From Candidatus Hydrogenedentota bacterium (GTDB lineage Bacteria > Hydrogenedentota > Hydrogenedentia > Hydrogenedentales > SLHB01): DNA of 64,000 nt. Position numbers and translations under genes: made by a program. The stretch spans positions 288,001-352,000 of the forward strand of contig CAXXYE010000004.1 in assembly GCA_963674865.2 (NCBI GenBank). Direction: 5' to 3'. The notes below the pieces were generated by a model. It searched no databases and had not been told where the DNA came from. It saw nothing but the letters and a program-made list of their open reading frames with translations. The number at the start of each line of letters is the position of its first letter. Within the stretch, counting starts at the first letter, position 1. Below are positions 56,715 through 64,000 of the stretch, piece after piece.

Positions 56715-57835
56715 GGCGGGAGTACTCCGGCGAGGAACGGCGAGCCATCCGCGAAATGAAGCGGGCGATATGGACGCAGAAGGGCGCCGGGCGAGAGTAC
56801 CAGTCCATGGCCTACCAGAAAGATCCCTTTATCCAGGCGGGCAATCTCACGGAGATCGGCTTTGTCAACCGGCACGTTGTGGGAGGCAGGATCCTGGATG
56901 CGGGGGCCGGCACCGGCAGATTCACGATACCGCTTCTGGAGGCGGGACTCGAGGTGGTTTCGCTCGACATCTCGCTCGAAATGCTCGAGGAGGGGCGGCG
57001 GGCCGGTGAGAAGCGCGGAAAGGAATTGCGGCTTACGGCGGGAGACTTGGAGCGTCTGCCGTTCCCGGACGAGTCCTTCGATTCCGTCGTCAGTATCATC
57101 GTCTTGCGCCATTTCCCGAACTGGCGGGAGCTTCTCGCAGAATGCGTGCGTGTTCTGCGGCCCGGGGGGCGCCTCATCTTCGATATGGCCTCGGGCGAGC
57201 ACCAGGCCTACTTGGCGGCGCATGGCGCGGCGCGGGAGTCCCTGTTTGATCCGAAGGAGTACGCCGCCTCGATGACAGTGAAGGAGCTGACGCGCCTGGC
57301 GGGCGAACTGGACATGGCGGTGGTGACGGCGACGCCCTATGACTTCTTCCAGGGGAATGTGCTGCTTGAACGAGTGTTGGGGGACGAGGCCGTCTCGGTG
57401 CTGGAGGGCGCGCGGCGCCTGCTCGAGGCGGATGGAGCCATCGCCTTCCATGAATGGGTGACGCGATTCATCTTCCCCTGCCTGAGCCCGGCCTTGACGG
57501 CCTCGTGGCTGATCGCGCTCGCGAAAGGTGTTGGGAACGCCTCGCCCTATCGCCCGGCGTATCGCTTGGCCGAGGACGGCGGGGCCATGGGGGATTCCGT
57601 GGCAAGACTCTTCGACATCCTTGCTCAATGCCTGGGGGATGTTTGCGAACCGCTCATGGCCGAGGGCGCCCGGATGATGAACTTGCCGGAGGCACGCGAA
57701 CTGGCATTTCTCATCAAGGACAAGGTACTCTCTTGCTTTCCCCTGGAAGTCCTCTTGTGGGAAGCGGACGGAACGCCCGGAGGCCGGATCGCCGAAGGTC
57801 ACGTGGCCGGAAGTCAATCAGAGAACGGGGACTGA
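56708..57835 (+). CDS. class I SAM-dependent methyltransferase
   Basis: Motifs ILDAGAGTGRF, LDISLEML, GDLERLPFPDESFD and RVLRPGG; ATG 56708. Confidence 0.88.
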   Translation: MLRREYSGEERRAIREMKRAIWTQKGAGREYQSMAYQKDPFIQAGNLTEIGFVNRHVVGGRILDAGAGTGRFTIPLLEAGLEVVSLDISLEMLEEGRRAGEKRGKELRLTAGDLERLPFPDESFDSVVSIIVLRHFPNWRELLAECVRVLRPGGRLIFDMASGEHQAYLAAHGAARESLFDPKEYAASMTVKELTRLAGELDMAVVTATPYDFFQGNVLLERVLGDEAVSVLEGARRLLEADGAIAFHEWVTRFIFPCLSPALTASWLIALAKGVGNASPYRPAYRLAEDGGAMGDSVARLFDILAQCLGDVCEPLMAEGARMMNLPEARELAFLIKDKVLSCFPLEVLLWEADGTPGGRIAEGHVAGSQSENGD

Positions 57836-57857
57836 ACTGAATCTAGAGATTTCCGAG

Positions 57858-60221
57858 ATGGTTTACCGAAGGAAGCCGTCTATTTCCATCTTCGCGAGGC
57901 GCCTGTTTCTTCTCGCGGCTCTTGTGGAATGTCTCTGCGCCTGGGGCGTTGAAGATAGGATTCCGCTCAACGTTTGGGGGATGAACCTTGGCGAGCCGCG
58001 CTACGGCTATTACGCGCTCATCGAGGCCTTTGAGCGTGAGTATCCCAATGTCGAGATCGTCGTCGGCCCCACCGACAGGGGTGAGGATCTTCAGAAACTC
58101 CTGTCGGGCGTGGTAGGCAACTCGCCGCCCGACGTATTCCGACGAGAATCCCTCCTATTTGGCGATATCGCCGCCCGAGGCATCCTTAGGCCTCTTGATG
58201 ACTTCATCGAGCAGGACAAGAGCCGGCCCGATGGCATTCACAAGGAGGACTACCTGGACGCCGTCTGGGAGTCCGGCCAGTACCAGGGGAAGATGTACGG
58301 ACTGCCCGAGAGCTCCAATCCCGTTGTACTGGCGTACAATCGCGAGTTATTCCGTCAGGCTGGACTCGATCCCGATATGCCGCCGATGACCTGGGATGAG
58401 TGGCGTGAGGCGGCGCGGAAGCTTACCGTGCGTGACAAGGCCGGCCGCATCAGGCAATTGGGACTAATGTTCTACGGCCGCGACGATCTGTCATTCTACA
58501 TGGCGCAGCTGGGCGGGCAGGTATTCTCCGAGGACGGGCGGCGTTGCTCGCTTGACTCTCCTGAGGGGCGCGAGGCGGTTACCTTCCTGAAGTCGCTGTA
58601 TGACGCCCAGGGCGGCCGGGAGGCCTACGATCAGTTCGGCGCGGCCAACACCGCCCCGGAGCAGTACAATCCCTTCGGCACGGGCAAGATCGCCATGACT
58701 GTCCAGGATGATTGGGTGATCTACCGGGTGATGCGGTTTCATCCCGACATGGACCTCGGTATCGCGCCCCTCCCGGCGCCTCCGGGGCGGGCGCCCATCA
58801 CGATGTCCAGCACCAATCCCATCTACATGATTCCCGTCAATGCAAGGCATCCCAAAGAGGCTTGGGATTTCATCCGGTTTGTCTATTCGCCTGAGGGGCA
58901 ACTGCTCTTTGCCGATGCTCTCGATGCCCATGCGCAGACTCGCGGCGAGCGGCACAACTACACGGGCTTCAGGACGAATCAGAAGATTGTCGCCGCGCTA
59001 TCTGAGAAGTACGTGCCGGACATCCCCCGGTTTCGGGCCACGTTTGACGTATGCGGACAGATCCTGAAGACGATGGTGCCCACTCCGGTGAGCCCGGTGT
59101 CGGGCCCGTTGCGCGATGAGATGAGGCGTGCCGTGGATCGTGCCGCCTACGGGGAAATGACACCGGAGGAGTCTCTGGCCGACGCGGCGCGGCGTGTCCA
59201 AGACAAGCTCGACTTGTACTATCGACGGGAAACCTTGCCGCTCTTTCGGTGGGGGGCAGTCTGGGCCGGTTTCGCGATGCTGATTGGTACGGCGATGCTC
59301 GTCCTCAGGAAGCTTACCCATGGCGAGCGAGCGGTTTCGACACTCCAGCGCCATGAGAACCGGATGGGCCTGGTTTTCATCAGCCCTTGGGTGATCGGCC
59401 TGCTGTGCTTTACCGTCGGGCCGATGGTGTTCTCGATAGCCATCAGTTTCTGCGATTACGACGTTATTCACCCCGCCCGGTTCTTGGGCGTGGAGAACTA
59501 CAAACTCCTTTTGACGAACGATCCCCTCTTCTGGAAGTCCTTGCGGAACACGGCCTTCATGGTATTCGCCCTGCCCGTCGGCATGGCCGCGAGTCTGGCG
59601 ATTGCCCTGCTGCTCGATGCAAAGGTGCGCGGGATGTCCTTCTACCGGACAGTGTTCTACCTCCCGGCCATTACGCCGGCCGTGGCCGCGGCGGTGCTTT
59701 GGTACGCGCTACTCAATCCGGACGGCCTGATCAATGGCGTCTTGAATGTCACCATCTGCAAGTGGTTCGACGTGGCTCCCCCGGCATGGCTTCAGGATCC
59801 CGTTTGGTCGAAGCCGGCCATTGTGCTCATGCGCCTGTGGGGCGCCGGCGGAGGGATGATCCTCTGGCTCGCCGGCCTCCAGGGCATTCCAAACCAGCTC
59901 TACGAGGCCGCGGCGATTGACGGGGCCGGGCCGCTCCGGCGATTCTGGTCGATCACGCTGCCCATGCTCACGCCGTACGTGTTCTTTTCGCTGATTGTGG
60001 GCGTTATCGGTGTATTCCAGATCTTCGGCCAGGCCCTGATTCTTACGCAGGGCGGCCCGGCGGACTCGACGTTATTCTACGTCTACTACCTTTTCAACAA
60101 CGCGTTCCGGTATTTCAAAATGGGATACGCCTCGGCCCAGGCGTGGATTCTCTTCGTGATCGTCCTTGTACTGACACTGATCCAGTGGCGCTTGTCGAAA
60201 AAATGGGTGCACTACGGCTAG
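57858..60221 (+). CDS. carbohydrate ABC transporter: solute-binding protein fused to a permease
   Basis: N-terminal family 1 SBP (FEREYPNV, PPDV, YGLP, LAYNRELF) followed by a TM permease with the EAA loop LYEAAAIDGA and GYASAQAW. Confidence 0.92.
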   Translation: MVYRRKPSISIFARRLFLLAALVECLCAWGVEDRIPLNVWGMNLGEPRYGYYALIEAFEREYPNVEIVVGPTDRGEDLQKLLSGVVGNSPPDVFRRESLLFGDIAARGILRPLDDFIEQDKSRPDGIHKEDYLDAVWESGQYQGKMYGLPESSNPVVLAYNRELFRQAGLDPDMPPMTWDEWREAARKLTVRDKAGRIRQLGLMFYGRDDLSFYMAQLGGQVFSEDGRRCSLDSPEGREAVTFLKSLYDAQGGREAYDQFGAANTAPEQYNPFGTGKIAMTVQDDWVIYRVMRFHPDMDLGIAPLPAPPGRAPITMSSTNPIYMIPVNARHPKEAWDFIRFVYSPEGQLLFADALDAHAQTRGERHNYTGFRTNQKIVAALSEKYVPDIPRFRATFDVCGQILKTMVPTPVSPVSGPLRDEMRRAVDRAAYGEMTPEESLADAARRVQDKLDLYYRRETLPLFRWGAVWAGFAMLIGTAMLVLRKLTHGERAVSTLQRHENRMGLVFISPWVIGLLCFTVGPMVFSIAISFCDYDVIHPARFLGVENYKLLLTNDPLFWKSLRNTAFMVFALPVGMAASLAIALLLDAKVRGMSFYRTVFYLPAITPAVAAAVLWYALLNPDGLINGVLNVTICKWFDVAPPAWLQDPVWSKPAIVLMRLWGAGGGMILWLAGLQGIPNQLYEAAAIDGAGPLRRFWSITLPMLTPYVFFSLIVGVIGVFQIFGQALILTQGGPADSTLFYVYYLFNNAFRYFKMGYASAQAWILFVIVLVLTLIQWRLSKKWVHYG

Positions 60222-60231
60222 GTATGGACCG

Positions 60232-61107
60232 ATGAAACGAGTTCTACGAAAACGATTGCGCATCGCGAGCCGCCAAACGCTCCTGCACCTCGTGCTGGTG
60301 GCCGGCGGCATCGTGTTTTCCATGCCCTTCGTCTGGCTCATCGTCACCAGCTTCAAGGGGCCGCAAGAGATCTTCGCCGTTCCGATGATTTGGATTCCGG
60401 CCGCTCTCAAGCAGGCGCCCATTCAATGGCGCGAGGTGTTCCAGAACTTCATTAGCGCCCATGAATTCATTCCCTTCTGGACGTGGATTCGCAACACGCT
60501 TCATGTTACGGCGCTCAGCGTCGTGTGCAGTGTGCTGTCATGCAGTTTCGTGGCCTACGGATTCTCTCGGATCCGCTGGCGCGGCCGCGATACGGTGTTC
60601 ATCATGGTGCTCGCCACGATGATGCTCCCGGCGCAAGTTACCATGATTCCTGCGTTTCTCATCTTCAACAAACTCGGCTGGTACAACACACTCAGGCCAT
60701 TGTGGGTGCCGTCGATCTTCGGTGCGGCCTTCAGCATCTTCCTACTGCGTCAGTTCATGATGACGATTCCCATGGAACTCGAGGACGCCGCCAAGATCGA
60801 CGGCTGCGGCCATTTCCGCATTTACAGCACCATCATCCTTCCGTTGATGAAACCTGCCCTCGCCGTCGTGGCGATCCAAACCTTTCAAGGCGCCTGGAAC
60901 AACTTCCTGGGGCCGTATATCTACATCAACTCGAAGGAAAAGATGACGATTGCCCTCGGCTTGCAGTGGTTCAAGAGCGAGCATCTGGCCATGTACGGCG
61001 AGATGATGGCCACCTCCTTCGTGATGACGTTGCCCATTCTCATCATTTTCTTCTTCTGCCAGCGCTACATGATCCAGGGCATCTCCCTGACGGGCATCAA
61101 GGCCTGA
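60232..61107 (+). CDS. carbohydrate ABC transporter permease (MalG-like)
   Basis: Motifs AYGFSR, MMLPAQVTMIP, ELEDAAKIDG, WNNFLGP and FFFCQRYMIQGI. Confidence 0.94.
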   Translation: MKRVLRKRLRIASRQTLLHLVLVAGGIVFSMPFVWLIVTSFKGPQEIFAVPMIWIPAALKQAPIQWREVFQNFISAHEFIPFWTWIRNTLHVTALSVVCSVLSCSFVAYGFSRIRWRGRDTVFIMVLATMMLPAQVTMIPAFLIFNKLGWYNTLRPLWVPSIFGAAFSIFLLRQFMMTIPMELEDAAKIDGCGHFRIYSTIILPLMKPALAVVAIQTFQGAWNNFLGPYIYINSKEKMTIALGLQWFKSEHLAMYGEMMATSFVMTLPILIIFFFCQRYMIQGISLTGIKA

Positions 61108-61221
61108 CAGGAGAGAATCATGCGCAGTGGCACGAGGAATTCGGACATTTCGGGTGTGTGCGCTTGTAAGCGCATTGGATTGCCACAAGGCTTCCATCCT
61201 ATGACGTTCGCTTTCCCGTCG

Positions 61222-61237
61222 TGGTATCAGACTTGCT
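61222..61237 (+). promoter_or_regulatory. candidate sigma-54 promoter upstream of typA
   Basis: TGGTATCAGACTTGCT fits GG-N10-GC with the TTGC -12 box. Confidence 0.55.
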
Positions 61238-61319
61238 TTCCACCCTTCACTTGAGGTAATATCCGCACTCCTTTCTTCACGTTTTCCCCTGTCAAGATGA
61301 TTTGAGGATATCCACGAGT

Positions 61320-63215
61320 ATGTTGTCCGCAAGACAGATCCGAAATGTCGCGATTATCGCGCATATTGACCACGGCAAGACCACGCTGATTGACAGCATC
61401 TTCCGCGCCACCCGCGTGTTCCGCGAAAACGCGCAGGTGGCCGAGCGCGTGATGGACAATAACGAGCTCGAGCGTGAGCGCGGCATCACCATCCGCGCCA
61501 AGCATTGCACCGTCGAATGGAACGGCTATCGCATCAACATTATCGACACTCCCGGCCACGCGGATTTCTCGGGCGAGGTCGAGCGTATCCTCTCGATGGT
61601 TGACTCTGTCCTGCTCCTTGTGGACGCCAATGAAGGTCCTATGCCCCAGACACGCTACGTGCTTATGCGGGCCTTGCGCCTCGGGTTGCGCCCGATTGTA
61701 ATCGTTAACAAGGCCGATCGGCCCAATGCCGATCCGCACGGCGCCTTGGACAAGACGTTCGACCTCTTCCTGGAACTCGGCGCCACGGACAGGCAGTGCG
61801 ATTTCCCTATCCTCTACGGCTCAGGCCTCCACGGGTGGGTGGTGCGCGACGTAGAGACGGATCAACGGGAGGGCCTGGACGCCTTGTTTCAGGCCATCGT
61901 GGACGAAGTCCCCGCCCCACAGAGCGACGCCGACGCCCCCTTCCTGATGCAGGTGAGCACGCTGGGCTGGTGCGATCATATCGGGCGAACCGGCACGGGC
62001 CGCGTCCTTCAGGGAAAGCTGAGGAAGGGCGACGCCATCACGCGTATAACCACTTCACCGAAGAACGCCGAGTGGCTGGCGCACGGCGGCGACGCCGACG
62101 CGGGCGAGTGGGAAGTCACCGGCTCCGAGGCGAGCCGCGCCACGTACCTGTGGGCGACGCGCGGCGTCCATTCCATCCTTTGCGATGAAGTGGGGGCGGG
62201 TGACATTGTCACTATTGCCGGCCCTAAGACGCTTACCATCGGCGACACCATCGCCGCCCCCGAACTCGAAGACTGCGCCCTGCCGCCGCTCGAAATCGAA
62301 GAGCCGACGGTGTCCATGCTGTTTCTTGTCAACAGCGGCCCCTTTGCGGGGCGGGAGGGAAACGCCGTCACGATACGTCAGATCAAGGCCCGCCTCGAAC
62401 GCGAACTCCGCACGAACGTCGCTTTGCGCGTCGAAGATGCGGATCGCGGCGATGGCATGAAGGTTTCCGGCCGGGGCGAACTCCACTTGGCCATCCTCAT
62501 CGAGGAGATGCGCCGCGAAGGGATGGAGTTGTGTGTGTCGCCACCGGAAGTGATAACTCATCACGACAGCGACGGCCGATTGCTCGAGCCCTTCGAGGAA
62601 CTCACGATCGATGTCCCCCTCGAATTCCAAGGCACGGTGATCGAGAAGGTGGCCCAGCGCAAGGGCAGTCTGGTGAATATGGACAATAATGGCGCCGGCA
62701 TGCTGCACATGGAGTTCAGGATCCCCACACGCGGCCTCATCGGATACCGCAGCGAGTTTCTTACCGACACCCGCGGCCTCGGCATCATGGCCTCGCGGTT
62801 CACCGACTACGGCCCCTGGTGCGGCAAAGTAGTCTCCCGCAGCCGCGGATCTATGATTAGCATGGACAGTGGCGACGCCACCTCCTACAGCCTTGAGAAC
62901 CTCCAGGAGCGCGGCGTTCTCTTCGTATCCCCCATGGATCCCGTCTACGAAGGCATGATTGTCGGCGAGAATTCGCGGCCCGGGGATTTGCCGTGCAATC
63001 CCACCAAGCGGAAGGCCCTCACCAACCATCGAGCCGCCGGGAAGGACCACACCACCGGACTCGATGTGCCACGCACCCTCACGCTCGACGCCGCCCTCGA
63101 ATGGATCGCCCCGGACGAACTTGTCGAGGTCACCCCGGCAAGCGTGCGCGTCCGCAAAGCCATCCTCGCCTCCGAAGACCGCAAACGCGACCTCCGACGC
63201 GCGGCAACCGCTTAG
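61320..63215 (+). CDS. typA: translational GTPase TypA/BipA
   Basis: Motifs [57 protein letters not shown] and ELVEVTP. Confidence 0.95.
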   Translation: MLSARQIRNVAIIAHIDHGKTTLIDSIFRATRVFRENAQVAERVMDNNELERERGITIRAKHCTVEWNGYRINIIDTPGHADFSGEVERILSMVDSVLLLVDANEGPMPQTRYVLMRALRLGLRPIVIVNKADRPNADPHGALDKTFDLFLELGATDRQCDFPILYGSGLHGWVVRDVETDQREGLDALFQAIVDEVPAPQSDADAPFLMQVSTLGWCDHIGRTGTGRVLQGKLRKGDAITRITTSPKNAEWLAHGGDADAGEWEVTGSEASRATYLWATRGVHSILCDEVGAGDIVTIAGPKTLTIGDTIAAPELEDCALPPLEIEEPTVSMLFLVNSGPFAGREGNAVTIRQIKARLERELRTNVALRVEDADRGDGMKVSGRGELHLAILIEEMRREGMELCVSPPEVITHHDSDGRLLEPFEELTIDVPLEFQGTVIEKVAQRKGSLVNMDNNGAGMLHMEFRIPTRGLIGYRSEFLTDTRGLGIMASRFTDYGPWCGKVVSRSRGSMISMDSGDATSYSLENLQERGVLFVSPMDPVYEGMIVGENSRPGDLPCNPTKRKALTNHRAAGKDHTTGLDVPRTLTLDAALEWIAPDELVEVTPASVRVRKAILASEDRKRDLRRAATA

Positions 63216-63311
63216 GCAGCGCAATTGGCGGCCTGCCGCCCCCTTGCCCCTCGCGCTATCCGATAGGTATGCTCGCCCGGCAGTAAGCGAGAGTCGGAGG
63301 AATTGCGGATT

Positions 63312-64000
63312 ATGCTCACGCTGTATTCATGGAATGTGAATGGCATCCGCGCCGCCGTGCGCAATGGCCTTCTGGATTGGCTCGCTGATACGCGGCCCGA
63401 TGTGCTGTGCGTCCAGGAGATCAAGGCGCGAGTGGAGGATGTGGACGAGGCCATCCGCTGTCCCAACGGCTACCAGAGCGTATGGAATCCGGCGGAACGC
63501 AAAGGATACAGCGGAACGGCGACGTTCTTTCGCGACGGATTGGCACCGGTTTCGGTGGACGTGCTCGGCGTCGAGGCATTTGATGTCGAGGGCCGCGTCC
63601 AGGCGCTCAAATACGATGACTTCACGCTTATCAACGCCTATTTTCCGAACAGTCAGCCGGAGCGCGCGCGAATCGATTACAAACTCGCTTTCTGCAAAGC
63701 CATTCGCATGTTCTGCAACAAGCTGCGTCGGCAAGGCGATGACATCGTCTTGTGCGGCGACTACAACATCGCCCACAAAGAGATCGACCTCGCCCGGCCC
63801 AAGGAGAACGTGAATAATCCCGGCTTCCTGCCCGAGGAGCGCGCGAGTATGGACACCTTCATCCGCGCGGGATACGTCGATACCTTCCGCCGGTTCAACA
63901 AGGAGCCGGGCCAGTACACGTGGTGGTCCTACCGCGGCCGCGCCAGGGAGAACAATGTTGGCTGGCGCCTCGACTACCACTGCGTCAACAAGGAGTTCCT
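63312..64000 (+). CDS. xth: exodeoxyribonuclease III (AP endonuclease), truncated by the window edge
   Basis: Not in the ORF track. Manual translation gives MLTLYSWNVNGIRA..DVLCVQEIK..KGYSGT..EGR..NAYFPN..CGDYNIAHKEIDL..YTWWSYR..NVGWRLDY. Confidence 0.95.
   Translation, partial: MLTLYSWNVNGIRAAVRNGLLDWLADTRPDVLCVQEIKARVEDVDEAIRCPNGYQSVWNPAERKGYSGTATFFRDGLAPVSVDVLGVEAFDVEGRVQALKYDDFTLINAYFPNSQPERARIDYKLAFCKAIRMFCNKLRRQGDDIVLCGDYNIAHKEIDLARPKENVNNPGFLPEERASMDTFIRAGYVDTFRRFNKEPGQYTWWSYRGRARENNVGWRLDYHCVNKEF

Noticed and set aside
61120..61254. 44-aa ORF with an AGGAGAG RBS after the ABC permease
   Set aside because: The peptide has no recognisable features and overlaps the candidate typA promoter; at most a remnant gene start.
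1..64000. CRISPR arrays, tRNA/rRNA genes, transposases, prophage or defence genes
   Set aside because: No regularly spaced repeats or recognisable motifs were seen by eye; a tRNAscan/Infernal/CRISPR-finder run would be needed to exclude them formally.

Overview
This is a GC-rich, gene-dense bacterial chromosomal window. I found no rRNA, tRNA, CRISPR array, integrase or transposase. The gene mix (sulfatases, HEAT-repeat and FG-GAP proteins, secreted glycoside-hydrolase-like proteins, fused solute-binding/permease ABC subunit, LPS kinases) suggests an anaerobic diderm glycan degrader, possibly Candidatus Hydrogenedentes or a PVC-like lineage; this is inference only. Contents from left to right: (1) 1-8191, minus strand: the start of an Hnd/HydABC-type NAD(P)-linked hydrogenase-like operon, preceded by a DRTGG/kinase/PHP module, a sigma-54 promoter motif and an NtrC-type two-component system. 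(2) 8.5-43 kb: sulfatases, GH-like proteins, alpha-2-macroglobulin with PBP1C, hypothetical secreted proteins, oxidoreductases and an EamA transporter. (3) 43-49.6 kb: a small membrane protein, diguanylate cyclase, sugar epimerase, glucuronokinase-like kinase and GTP-dependent PEPCK. (4) 49.7-50.25 kb: two tandem, paralogous micro-ORFs (48 and 58 aa) missed by the ORF track, each with an RBS, between a TATAAT box and a perfect terminator hairpin; this is the best candidate for an undescribed system. (5) gatCAB-rsfS plus a Ser/Thr kinase, two LPS kinases, a methyltransferase, sugar ABC subunits, typA and a partial xth. All calls rest on motif recognition by eye; no database searches were run.
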